Assembly (NCBI GenBank): GCA_029555085.1
Contig: JAKPTO010000026.1
Location: 37,217-101,216 of the forward strand
DNA length: 64,000 bases
Direction of reading: 5' to 3'
Source of the DNA: a bacterium
GTDB lineage: Bacteria; Patescibacteriota; Patescibacteriia; UBA1558; S5-K13
Positions 1 to 10,192 of this stretch are shown here, one piece after another. A program made the position numbers and the translations under genes. Below the pieces are notes generated by a model. The model made no database searches, was not told the origin of the DNA, and saw nothing but the letters and a program-made list of their open reading frames with translations. Within the stretch, counting starts at the first letter, position 1; each line of letters starts with the position of its first letter.

Positions 1-1983
1 CAAGTCCTGTTTGATCTGTTAATGCCTTCATAATCTCAATGTCAATTTTTTTAAGTTTATCAATTGGCGCGTATGAGAAAAAATCAATTGAACCGATTAT
101 TTTATTTTCAGAATACATTGGAACAGCTATAGCTGATTTAGCATTTAATTCTTTTTGCATTTTATCAGCTTGATCTTTTGTTATTGCTGGTTTAAACACA
201 TCAAATACTGAACTACTTTTTTCTATATTACCAGAAGTCATTGCTTTTATAGCTAAATTATCTTTATTACTAAAGGATACACTATATTCATGGGGTTTTT
301 TTGGTAAAAATCCTACAACTTTTTTTATATCTTCATCAATTGTCATTGCTCCTATATACATAGCTTTTCCATCCTCGTCTATAAAATTAATTACACCAGC
401 CACAAATCCCATTTCTTTTTTTATACTGGTTGCTATAAATGAAGCAACCTCTTGAAAGTCTAAACTTCTTGTAATAACATTGCTAATTTTTTGTAGCGCT
501 GTTAAGTATTTATTTTTAGTTTCTAAATCTATATTTACTTGTCTCAAACTAAGAGTTGCTCGTTCAACTCTTTCTTGTAAATGAAGGTTAAGGTCTTGAA
601 TTTCATTATATAATTTTGCTTTTTCAAGTGCCATAGCAACTTGTGGTGTTAGAACTGATAATAAACCAATATCTTCTTCAGAAAAAGTATCTCCTGATAA
701 TTTCTTATCAATACAAAGCAATGCTGTTATTTGATTTTCAGAAACAATAGGAGCAATTAATCCTATTTTCATCTTATCTAATCTATCTACAATGGATAAT
801 AATCTTTGTTTTTCAAGGTCATTTTTTTGTTCTCTTGCTAATCTATCTAACTCTTCCACAACTATAATTTGTTTTTTTTCTTGTAAATAATTTATTATCT
901 CATCGTTTTTTGTAAAAAATATATCTCCTGATTCAAAACCCTTATACATTCCTGTTACAGTATTTTGATATAAAAAATTGACATCTCTACATTTTATAGA
1001 TTTTTCAAGCTCCTCGGACAAATCAATAAATAATTTTTTAAGTTCAATTTCTTTTGCTATTATAAATCCTAATTTTTTCAAAACATCCTGATAGTCAATT
1101 TTATCCTTAAAAAATATTTTATCAGTGATTCGCGCAAGAAAACGCTTTAATGGGTCGAATCCCAAAACTATAGCAAAAGAAACAAATACTGAAACAAATA
1201 TTTTAGAAAAACCCTCTGCTTCAAAAAATTGACCAGTAATAAATGTTATTGATGTAAAAGCAAAAGTCACGATACCAACAAGAAGAAAATATAGAATGCT
1301 TTTTGAAACAACAACGCGTATGTCCATAAGACGATACCTAGCTATAGCGTAACCAATTCCCAATATATAAAACATTGTACAAAAAGATCCAAAAGGGTAG
1401 ATATTTATTAATTGTGGAAAAAAATTAGTAACTCCGCCACCAAAACTAATTAATGCCGTTACTAAAACATATATTGCTTGTTGTTTTTTTAACCCACTTA
1501 ATTTTTTATAATTCCTTAAAAGGATATATATCGATAAAAAAACTAAAACACTAAAAAATAATGGAAAAATCGGATAAATAATTCCTGGATCTATCCAATG
1601 TCTAAAACCAAATTTGGGAGAAATCCCCAATTTAAATAACTTTGTAAAACTTAACAAAGATAATACGCACCCGAATGATAAAAAAATCCTAAAAACGATT
1701 TTATTAACTCCTTTATAAATATCTAATAAAACCAGCACAAACAAAAAGAAAAAAATCGGTATATATATAGCACTAAAATCTAAAAGATACTGACAAAATA
1801 ATGCAATATTATATTTTTCAAAAAAAACAACACCAAATAAACCAAAAGACCATACCGATGTTGAGAAACTAACACAGGACCAAGACACATTCAAAAGAGA
1901 TCTCTTGTTTTTTGAAATTACAAAAATACCAATAAATAAACCAAGTATAGATGTAATTAAAGACGATAATCCAAAAAATGACA
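1..1983 (-). CDS. Multi-pass membrane protein with cytoplasmic GAF-like sensor repeats (probable sensor kinase/signalling protein), truncated by window start (C-terminus outside window)
   Basis: There is no stop codon in the minus-strand frame from ATG (revcomp at 1981-1983) to position 1. The translation begins MSFFGLSSLITSILGLFIG... with about 7 hydrophobic helices, followed by coiled-coil and GAF-like segments. It is absent from the ORF track because it runs off the window edge. Confidence 0.4.
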
Positions 1984-1988
1984 TATTT

Positions 1989-2645
1989 TTAATTTAATAA
2001 AATTTTATTCAAATTTTTTTGACTAATAATTTTTTCCATATATTTATCTGGATTAACAATGAATGGATTTTCAACAATCGACAACAAATGTAAATCTGAT
2101 AAATGATCGCCATATGCATAGCTCCCACTTAAAGAAAGATTTTTTTCTTTTAAAAATTCAAGTACAGCTTGTTTTTTTTGAACCCCATAAATAACATTTC
2201 CTTCTATTGTTCCAGAATAAAATCCATTATTTTTTTGTAATTTTGTAGCTATGCAAAAATCCATTTCCAAAAAATCTGATATAATTTTAACAAGTGGATA
2301 GATAGATGCTGAAAGTAGAATAGTTATTGCGCCCCTTTCTTTGTGATAATTCAGTATATCAAAAATTTTTTTATAAATTCTTTTCTTAATTTCGGAATTA
2401 AAAAAATCTGTCAATATTTTTTCTAAAGCCACCTCGCTCCAGCCATTAAAAAATTTAAAAACTTTTTCTCTTATTTTTATAACATTTTGCACTAATCCTA
2501 ATTTATAAAAAATAAACCAAATTAATACATAACTATAAAGAAAAAACCCTATTTTCTTGTTTTTAAAAAGGTATTTAATTAAAAATTTTTGAGACTGTCC
2601 CTTTATAACAGTATCATCTAAATCAAAAAACACTACATAGCCCAT
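1989..2645 (-). CDS. HAD-superfamily hydrolase (HAD-IB/phosphoserine-phosphatase-like)
   Basis: N-terminal FFDLDDTVI (DxD nucleophile motif) and C-terminal GDHLSD. Operonic with PlsC and an acyl-CoA ligase. Confidence 0.55.
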   Translation of the reverse strand: MGYVVFFDLDDTVIKGQSQKFLIKYLFKNKKIGFFLYSYVLIWFIFYKLGLVQNVIKIREKVFKFFNGWSEVALEKILTDFFNSEIKKRIYKKIFDILNYHKERGAITILLSASIYPLVKIISDFLEMDFCIATKLQKNNGFYSGTIEGNVIYGVQKKQAVLEFLKEKNLSLSGSYAYGDHLSDLHLLSIVENPFIVNPDKYMEKIISQKNLNKILLN

Positions 2646-2652
2646 AAATTAT

Positions 2653-3237
2653 TTAAATTACTAAATTTAATATTTCACTCCTCAATCTCTCAGTTAAATC
2701 ATTTTCATCTAGATCGTTTAAAACAATTTTTTTTCCTATATTAATATCACATTTCTTTAACTTCGGATATTTATCAAATCTAGACATTATTTCAAACGCC
2801 CCTTTTATACCAACTGGTATTATTGGAACATTTACATTTTTAGCAATTCTAACAGCGCCATTATAAAACTTTCCGAGTTTACCATCACTAGATCTAGTGC
2901 CTTCAGGAAATATTCCAATTGCTCTACCTTGCTTTAAATATTCGATTGCTTTATTAAGTGATTCTGATTTATCCTTTGAATTTCTGTCAACTTTTATCTG
3001 CTTTGTAGATTTAACAAGCCAACTCCACTGCCATTTTTGAAAAAATACCTCCCCTGCTAAAAAATATATTCTTCTTGGGCAAACAGCTATAAGAGTAAGA
3101 AAATCAAAATAGCTTGAATGATTTGCACATATTACAAATGGTCCTTTTTTGGGAATATTTTCAATTCCCTTAACACTTCTTACCCAAACCAACCTAATTA
3201 ATGTTCCAATTGTATATTTTAAAATCCAGTAAATCAT
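2653..3237 (-). CDS. plsC: 1-acyl-sn-glycerol-3-phosphate acyltransferase (PlsC family)
   Basis: HxxxxD acyltransferase motif (CANHSSYFDF) and FPEGTRS motif. Length 194 aa. Confidence 0.7.
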   Translation of the reverse strand: MIYWILKYTIGTLIRLVWVRSVKGIENIPKKGPFVICANHSSYFDFLTLIAVCPRRIYFLAGEVFFQKWQWSWLVKSTKQIKVDRNSKDKSESLNKAIEYLKQGRAIGIFPEGTRSSDGKLGKFYNGAVRIAKNVNVPIIPVGIKGAFEIMSRFDKYPKLKKCDINIGKKIVLNDLDENDLTERLRSEILNLVI

Positions 3238-5064
3238 TTAATTATAAAAACTTCTTATTATTTTATTAAAATGCTCTATTATGGTTTCTCTTTTTATTTT
3301 TAAAGTTGGTGTAAGCTCATCATGTTTTTCATCAAATTGGCGTGACACAAGATAAAAATGAACAATCTGCTCGTACCTAGAAAAACCTTTTAATAAATTA
3401 TTAATCCTATCCCTATAAAAAATTTGTATTTTATCCAAATTTAAATAACTTTTTTCATTATCAACTGCTATATTATTCAAAGAGCAATATTTTTCTATTT
3501 CCTCAAAGTCCGGAACAATTAATGCTATTAGAAATTTTTCATTATTACCGATAACAATGGATTGATTTATATACTTATCATAATTCAACACTAATTCAAT
3601 ATTTCCAGGCACAACATTTTTCCCAGTTGATAAAACTATTACTTCTTTTTTTCTTCCGATTATATTTAAAAACCCATCTTTATCCAAAAATCCCAAATCC
3701 CCAGTATAAAACCATCCGTCAGTATCTATTACTTTTTCAGTTGATTCTTTATCATTATAATATTCCTTCATTACAGAGCTACCGCGAACTAAAATTTCTT
3801 TATCATTGTTTATTTTTACTTCTAAATTTTCCAACACAAATCCAACTGTTCCAAGTTTGTATTCATTCGTTTTATTTACAGAAATAATTGGCGAAGTTTC
3901 TGTGACCCCATATCCTTCTATTATTTTTATACCGACATCTTCAAAAAATCTAGCAATTCTTTTATCCAAACTTGATCCCCCTGATATTGCTAATCTTAAA
4001 TTCCCTCCAAATATATTTCTAATTTTTCTAAAAACAATCTTGTCTAAAATACCACATAAAATTAGTAAAAAAAAATTTATTTTTTTATTGTGTCTTTTAA
4101 GTGAGTTTAATTTGCTTTGATTTTTTATTGCAAAATAAAATAAATTATTTTTAAACTTTGAGTCACTTCTTAAATTATCATGAATTTTATCAAAAATTTT
4201 CTCAAAAATTCTAGGCACAGAAATAATTACCGTTGGCTTAGCTAGTTTTATATCATCAATAAGTGTTTTTGGGCTTCTGCTATAATATATTGAAACACCT
4301 GAAACTAACGGAAGAAATTGTCCCGCTACCCTCTCTAGTACATGTGACAGTGGTAAAAATGAAAAAAATATATCATTACTACATGTAGGCGTGTATTTTA
4401 AAACATTTTCTATATTGCTCAATATATTATAATTAGTAAGTACGGCGCCTTTTGGCATGTCAGTTGTTCCAGATGTGTATATTATTGTTGTAACAAGATT
4501 TTTATCGTTTATTGGTTCTATCTTTTTATTATTTTCAACTTTTAAAATATCATCAAAATATTTAACATTTTCTTTCTCAACTTTGTCAAAGGATATTATT
4601 TGTAAATCATCTATTAAATGCTCATCAATTCCATAAAAAACATTTAATAATTTGTCGTTTGATATAAAAATTATTTTGGGTTTTGTTTGTGAAATAATGT
4701 AGTCAATATATTTAGTTCCATAAGTTGTATGAATTGGAACTAAAATTAATCCCAAATAATTACAAGCTAAGTCAACAGTAGGCCACTCCCATCTGTTTTC
4801 AGAAAAAATTACAACCTTATCTCCTTTTTGTAATTTATTCTCAACGAAATAAGAAACTAATTTTAGAATATTTTCATTTAAACTTTTATAACTAATTTTT
4901 CTATAATTACCATTTTCTATGTATGCTAAAGCAGTATTACTTGGATATGTAATAACATTTTTTTTAAAATTAAGATATATGGTATTTTGATCCATTAATT
5001 TAGGTGATTTATATTTTAATTGTACCATAATTGGCCTAAAATAAAAAGAAAAAAACGAAGTCAA
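3238..5064 (-). CDS. Long-chain fatty acid--CoA ligase (AMP-binding enzyme)
   Basis: AMP-binding signature IYTSGTTDMPKGAVLTN, a GYGVTE motif, and C-terminal K of LKIKRE. Length 608 aa. Confidence 0.75.
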   Translation of the reverse strand: MTSFFSFYFRPIMVQLKYKSPKLMDQNTIYLNFKKNVITYPSNTALAYIENGNYRKISYKSLNENILKLVSYFVENKLQKGDKVVIFSENRWEWPTVDLACNYLGLILVPIHTTYGTKYIDYIISQTKPKIIFISNDKLLNVFYGIDEHLIDDLQIISFDKVEKENVKYFDDILKVENNKKIEPINDKNLVTTIIYTSGTTDMPKGAVLTNYNILSNIENVLKYTPTCSNDIFFSFLPLSHVLERVAGQFLPLVSGVSIYYSRSPKTLIDDIKLAKPTVIISVPRIFEKIFDKIHDNLRSDSKFKNNLFYFAIKNQSKLNSLKRHNKKINFFLLILCGILDKIVFRKIRNIFGGNLRLAISGGSSLDKRIARFFEDVGIKIIEGYGVTETSPIISVNKTNEYKLGTVGFVLENLEVKINNDKEILVRGSSVMKEYYNDKESTEKVIDTDGWFYTGDLGFLDKDGFLNIIGRKKEVIVLSTGKNVVPGNIELVLNYDKYINQSIVIGNNEKFLIALIVPDFEEIEKYCSLNNIAVDNEKSYLNLDKIQIFYRDRINNLLKGFSRYEQIVHFYLVSRQFDEKHDELTPTLKIKRETIIEHFNKIIRSFYN

Positions 5065-5091
5065 AATAATGTCCCATTTTTATAAAAAATA

Positions 5092-5589
5092 TTATTCAAA
5101 CCATTGTATTGTATAGCCATTTGGCGCCTCTTTTGTAAAATCTCTATGAGGACAAACACCAAAACCAGTATTATCAAATTTCCTTTCAAATGAAACAATT
5201 TGAAATATTGCAAAAGATTTTTTACATCCGTATTCTCCTTCTTGGAATTTATGATATCTGTAATGAAAATTTTGATTATTTAAGGGATCCGACACATCGG
5301 ATAAAAAAAATTTCTCAATTAAATTTCTAAATAATGTTTTCCTGGCATCTATTGTTTCATAACTAACATCCCACTCATTTTGTGTTTGATTGTCTGGTAA
5401 CTGATCAAACTCTAACTTATATAATTCAATTGCTGTTCTTATTTGTTGCGCATTCTCCATTCTTATCGTGTCTCTAATTTTTTTTTGTTGACTTTTTGTA
5501 TACAATCCAATAATTATTGTTGAACAAAGAATAATTGAAACTAAAATTAAAATATTTAAAATAGATTTTGTGCCTTTCTCTGTTTCCAT
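5092..5589 (-). CDS. Pilin-like/pseudopilin-like membrane protein
   Basis: N-terminal TM helix followed by RDTIRMENAQQIRTAIELYKLEF, which resembles the conserved post-helix region of type IV pilins. Confidence 0.4.
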   Translation of the reverse strand: METEKGTKSILNILILVSIILCSTIIIGLYTKSQQKKIRDTIRMENAQQIRTAIELYKLEFDQLPDNQTQNEWDVSYETIDARKTLFRNLIEKFFLSDVSDPLNNQNFHYRYHKFQEGEYGCKKSFAIFQIVSFERKFDNTGFGVCPHRDFTKEAPNGYTIQWFE

Positions 5590-5678
5590 TAAATTTCCAA
5601 ATAAATACTTATATATAAATTATATAATTTTTTCAATAAAAAAACCACCCTAAACTAAGTAGAGTGATTTTTATAAAA

Positions 5679-6341
5679 TTATTTTTGTGATTCTTCTTTT
5701 GTTTCCTCTGGTTCTTTGGTTTTTTCAGTTGTCTCTGGTGTTTCTGATTTTTCTTCTTCTACTGTCTCTGCCTTAGCTGGTTTCGCTATTACTATTGGTT
5801 GGTCTCCGTCAGTTAAAATTTCAACTCCGGACGGAACTTCTAAATCTGAAACTAAAATCATATCATTATAATTTTCAAGTTTAGATATATCTACTTCAAT
5901 TGATGAAATAATTTGACTTGCGAGACATTCAATTTCAATACGATCCATTGCTTTCACAAGAATCGCTCCTAGTTCTTTTACGGCTTTTGATTCGCCTGAA
6001 AAATTAATTGGGATTTCAACTGTCAATTTATTTTTTGCATCAAATCTATACAAATCAGCATGAATTATTGATCCAGTGATATGATCTTTGGCTATATCAT
6101 GTATAATTACTGGGATTTTTTTGTCTTCAAATTCTAAATTTAAAACCTGTGACTCACCCGTGGTATTAAAAATTTTCATAAACTCAGAATAAGAAACCTG
6201 CAAATTTAAATTTTCATGCTTTGGACCATAAACAACAACAGGTAAATACCCAGACGCTATGAGATTTTTCGCGCTTAAGCCACCAAAATTTTCTCTTTTT
6301 TGCGCTTTTAAGATTAATTCTGTCATTTTTTTAGCTTTCAA
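5679..6341 (-). CDS. rplY: 50S ribosomal protein L25 / general stress protein Ctc
   Basis: bL25 fold sequence (LKAQKRENFGGLSAKNLIASGYLPVVVYG...) with an acidic C-terminal extension typical of the Ctc form. Confidence 0.75.
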   Translation of the reverse strand: MKAKKMTELILKAQKRENFGGLSAKNLIASGYLPVVVYGPKHENLNLQVSYSEFMKIFNTTGESQVLNLEFEDKKIPVIIHDIAKDHITGSIIHADLYRFDAKNKLTVEIPINFSGESKAVKELGAILVKAMDRIEIECLASQIISSIEVDISKLENYNDMILVSDLEVPSGVEILTDGDQPIVIAKPAKAETVEEEKSETPETTEKTKEPEETKEESQK

Positions 6342-6459
6342 GGTTTCGACTTTCAGCTTTCAATTAGCTAAAAACAAAACTCTAACTTAATTATTATAAT
6401 TATCTCATTATAAAACAAGACAAAATTTATGTCAATAATAAATTGTAAGTTAAAAAATT

Positions 6460-7560
6460 TTACAATACACCTTTTTCTATATTTTTCCTTATAATTCTCA
6501 TTAATTCCAAATAAAATTCTATATTATTTAAAGTTCCAAGTCTCATGGCTAAAGCATCTTCCACTTTAAACAAGTGATGTAAGTAAGATTTAGAATATAA
6601 TTTCAACTCATCAATATTTGAATTTTTATTTATAGCGGATTTATCTTTTTTGAATTCAGCATTTGTTATGTTTATAGTTTTATAAAATTTTCCTCTCAAA
6701 TTCTTATTTGTAAAATAATACAATCTTCCATGACGCGCTTCGCGTGTTGGAATTACACAATCAAACATATCTACTCCATTTTTAACAGCAGTTAAAATAT
6801 TATCAGGATAACCAACTCCCATTAAATATCTAGGACTTTTTTCTGGGAGCTTGTCTTTTAAAAATTTTAAAATTCCATACATTTCTTTATTTGTTTCACC
6901 AACAGCGAGTCCACCTATTGCATATCCATCAAATCCTATTTTCATAAGATCGTCTAAACTTTTTTTTCTTAAATCTTTATTTAGTGCTCCCTGAACAATG
7001 CCAAATAATAAATTTTTATTTTTAGGATCAAACTTTTTCTTGGACTCTTTACACTTTTTAGCCCAAATATTTGTTATATTAAGCGCTTTTTCTGTTGTTT
7101 GATAATCTGATTTTGAATCAATACACACATCTAATACCATTTGAATATCTGAATCCAAAACACTTTGAATTTTCATAACTTTTTCTGGAGTAAATAAATG
7201 ATTTGACCCGTCATAGGTTGATTTAAAATTAACACCTTCATTAGTAATTTTTCTAATTTTAGAAAGTGAAAAAACTTGAAAACCGCCAGAATCAGTAAGT
7301 ATTGGTTTTTTGTAATTTATAAAATTATTTAGAGATCCAAACTTTTTTATAACTTCTAATCCTGGTTTTAAATATAAATGATATGTATTTGCTAAAATTA
7401 TATCTGGATTTAATTTTTCTATGTCAGAAAAACTGAGCGACTTTATAACTCCACGAGTTGCTATTGGCATAAAAAATGGGGTATCTATTCTACCCAATTT
7501 TGTTTTTAAAATTCCAATTCTCGCACTGGATATTTTTGATTTTTTTAGTATTTTAAACAT
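6460..7560 (-). CDS. tgt: Queuine tRNA-ribosyltransferase
   Basis: LTDSGGFQVFSL motif, DTPFFMPIATRG, and C-terminal zinc-site region. Length 366 aa. Confidence 0.85.
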   Translation of the reverse strand: MFKILKKSKISSARIGILKTKLGRIDTPFFMPIATRGVIKSLSFSDIEKLNPDIILANTYHLYLKPGLEVIKKFGSLNNFINYKKPILTDSGGFQVFSLSKIRKITNEGVNFKSTYDGSNHLFTPEKVMKIQSVLDSDIQMVLDVCIDSKSDYQTTEKALNITNIWAKKCKESKKKFDPKNKNLLFGIVQGALNKDLRKKSLDDLMKIGFDGYAIGGLAVGETNKEMYGILKFLKDKLPEKSPRYLMGVGYPDNILTAVKNGVDMFDCVIPTREARHGRLYYFTNKNLRGKFYKTINITNAEFKKDKSAINKNSNIDELKLYSKSYLHHLFKVEDALAMRLGTLNNIEFYLELMRIIRKNIEKGVL

Positions 7561-9555
7561 TTATAAATCAATTACTCTTTCTTTTCCGCTAGCTTTTTTA
7601 TCTCCTACTAATTCTGATGTTAAATAAGGAAAATCTTTACTAATTTTAGCTCCAGAAAATGAATCCATTCCGGAAATATTAGTTTGATTAATTAATGTAA
7701 CTATTTTATCTTTATGATTTTTTTCTGGTGTTAACAATATATTAAATTTCCCTGTATAATCTTTTGACTTTTCTAATGTTTTAATTTGCCAAACAACTTC
7801 TCGTGTTTCAGAATTATAAACCATATTTCCTTTTCCATAAACATTGGCCTCTCCCCAATCGACATTTGGAGGTAAAATTGTTTTCACATAAACATCATTT
7901 AAATCATTAGTTGGGGACTTTATCTGCCAAACAACTTCGTATGTTGTAGTTTCTCCGACAACTGGTGGAAGTGGACCAGAACCAACAGCAAGTCCGTTTT
8001 CATCGTAATATCTAACTTTTGATGACGCTTCTATTGGACTATTTAATTTATTAATTATTGTATTGGATAATACTTCTTTTTCCTCTGAAGATGCATTTTT
8101 ATATTTTAATTTTGCTTCTGATTTAACTAAATAATCTGTACTTCCTATATATTCATCATCAAATTGATGTAATTTAATTGAAATATTTATTTTTCCCTCT
8201 TGATTTTTTGCTAATTTTGCTAAAGATGGTATAGAATTTTTATCCCAAGTTATTGATAAATTATCTTCATTAAAATCTCCATTAAAATTATCTTGTAATG
8301 TTTCTTTGTCTAAATATTTTGAATCCAATTTTAAATTAATTACAATATTAGTTATTGCATCTTCTGAATTATTCTTATAATGTAATTCATATTTTAATTC
8401 ATCTCCCCAGTTCACAACTGCGTCAATTGGATTATTGTTTATGGAAATTTGCAAAGGAACATCAGAAGGAACAGACAATGTATCTTTTGAAACTTTTATA
8501 TATGGAATCCATTCTAAAACTAAATCGTTCTCTAAATTATGCTCAATACTATATAGAGATTTTATTTCAATTATGGCATTAAATGTTGATGTCGTATTAT
8601 TTGCTAAATCTAAAAATCCTGAGACCTTTATTTCACCGGAAGATTTTTTTTGCAAATCTCCCAAATTCCAAGTATTTTCTGATATTTGCTCTAGAGAATC
8701 GGCATTTACTTCGGATACAGAAAAACCACTTGGATATTCAAATCTAATTCTCGCATTTAATAAATTATTATCAGAAATATTTTTATATAAAATCTTATAA
8801 GCAACTCTATTGTTATTTCCAATCTCAGATGGCGAATCAATGCTCAATTCCATTAATGTTTTTTCTATTTTTATTGTGTGACTAACTTTTGTTTCAAAAT
8901 TTGAACTAAAATTTACGGGCTCATAAGCAATCGCGGATTCTATATTAAGCTCATCGTTGGTGTTTCCAATTACCTGAATATCTAAATTAATCTTTCCGTC
9001 TTCACCTGGATCCAAATCTCCTATTTTCCACAAATTAGCTCCTAAATTATCTGGTTCCTTACTTGAAGATACATAATAAACTCCTTCGGGATAATTTATG
9101 CGAAGTTCAACATTTTTCACTTTTACTTGTTCTTTATTTTCATATTTTATTGTGAGTCCAACTTTATGCCCAGAAATTACAGAATCTTCTCCGGAAATTT
9201 CTAACACCACGCCATTTCCACTTAGTGGCTTAAAATTATTAAAAAAATTCCAACCCAAATAACTTACAATAGCAACTGCTAAAAGAATAAAAATAATAAT
9301 CCATAATGATCTCATGCCTTTGTTTTTACCTTTATCAAATGTGGAAATGTTTTTTCTTCTACCCCAAATATTATAAATATCATCAGTGGAACCAACTTTA
9401 TCGTGATTGGGATTTTTTATACCTTTTAATTGCCTTTTAACAGGCATTCTTGGTTCCGCATAACTTTTACGGTTTCTTTTCTCTGAAGAAATTTTTTTTA
9501 TATTTACTCCATCGCCTAAATTTGGTTTTGATTTTGGATTCAATGTTTTTGACAT
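7561..9555 (-). CDS. Large membrane-anchored surface protein (repeat/Ig-like domains), hypothetical
   Basis: Basic N-terminus, then a TM helix (LWIIIFILLAVAIVSYLGW), then about 550 aa of beta-rich repeated modules. Confidence 0.4.
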   Translation of the reverse strand: MSKTLNPKSKPNLGDGVNIKKISSEKRNRKSYAEPRMPVKRQLKGIKNPNHDKVGSTDDIYNIWGRRKNISTFDKGKNKGMRSLWIIIFILLAVAIVSYLGWNFFNNFKPLSGNGVVLEISGEDSVISGHKVGLTIKYENKEQVKVKNVELRINYPEGVYYVSSSKEPDNLGANLWKIGDLDPGEDGKINLDIQVIGNTNDELNIESAIAYEPVNFSSNFETKVSHTIKIEKTLMELSIDSPSEIGNNNRVAYKILYKNISDNNLLNARIRFEYPSGFSVSEVNADSLEQISENTWNLGDLQKKSSGEIKVSGFLDLANNTTSTFNAIIEIKSLYSIEHNLENDLVLEWIPYIKVSKDTLSVPSDVPLQISINNNPIDAVVNWGDELKYELHYKNNSEDAITNIVINLKLDSKYLDKETLQDNFNGDFNEDNLSITWDKNSIPSLAKLAKNQEGKINISIKLHQFDDEYIGSTDYLVKSEAKLKYKNASSEEKEVLSNTIINKLNSPIEASSKVRYYDENGLAVGSGPLPPVVGETTTYEVVWQIKSPTNDLNDVYVKTILPPNVDWGEANVYGKGNMVYNSETREVVWQIKTLEKSKDYTGKFNILLTPEKNHKDKIVTLINQTNISGMDSFSGAKISKDFPYLTSELVGDKKASGKERVIDL

Positions 9556-9558
9556 TTT

Positions 9559-10182
9559 TTAAAAAGAATTTAATTTTTTTTCTAAAACTTTTTCAAAATA
9601 TGTTTTTATATAATTTAAAATTATCAATTTATCATAGTTTAATTTTAACACTAATTGTCTATTTTTTAAATATGTATTTTCAGTAAAAATATCAATAATT
9701 CTCATTTCTTTCTTATTTAAAGAGATTTTGTTTTTTTCATAAAATCCAAATTTCTTCATAATACACAATAAATAACATATTTCTAAATCTGACTCATTGT
9801 ATAAATTAGAATTTACATCTTTTAAAAACTCAACTGTATTTTTGTAAATATATTTTTCCTGCATATTTTCTGGCAAAAAATTAAGTAAAATTTCTGACAT
9901 TTTATTAAAAGACAAAAATGCTCTAAAATTTTTATTTACATCAAAAGAATTTATAACGCTAACCTGCGCTATTTTATTAATTGTCTTTCCTTGTGATAAC
10001 ATAAAAAGACATAAATTACCGGGCATTAAAAATCCAGATAACTTACTTTTTGGAGATGAAACTGATTTTGCAACAGCACTAATAAGTCCATTTTCAAAAG
10101 TAAAAATACGATAAAATTTATCTTCATCTTTAAAATTTTTCGCATACAGGATTATTCCTTGCGTTATATATTCACTATTCAT
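9559..10182 (-). CDS. recO: DNA repair protein RecO-like (short form)
   Basis: N-terminal OB-fold pattern GIILYAKNFKDEDKFYRIFTFENGLISAVAKSVSSPKSKLSGFL resembles the RecO N-terminus. Confidence 0.5.
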   Translation of the reverse strand: MNSEYITQGIILYAKNFKDEDKFYRIFTFENGLISAVAKSVSSPKSKLSGFLMPGNLCLFMLSQGKTINKIAQVSVINSFDVNKNFRAFLSFNKMSEILLNFLPENMQEKYIYKNTVEFLKDVNSNLYNESDLEICYLLCIMKKFGFYEKNKISLNKKEMRIIDIFTENTYLKNRQLVLKLNYDKLIILNYIKTYFEKVLEKKLNSF

Positions 10183-10192
10183 TTAGGCCCTA

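Noticed and set aside
3627-4120. Plus-strand ORFs (86 and 104 aa) inside the fatty-acid-CoA ligase gene, and similar antisense ORFs elsewhere (e.g. 8355-8800, 11951-12240, 19103-19408, 25041-25403, 35087-35807, 58434-58730)
   Set aside because: They have low-complexity, Leu/Phe/Ile-rich translations typical of antisense frames in AT-rich DNA. They fully overlap well-supported genes on the other strand.
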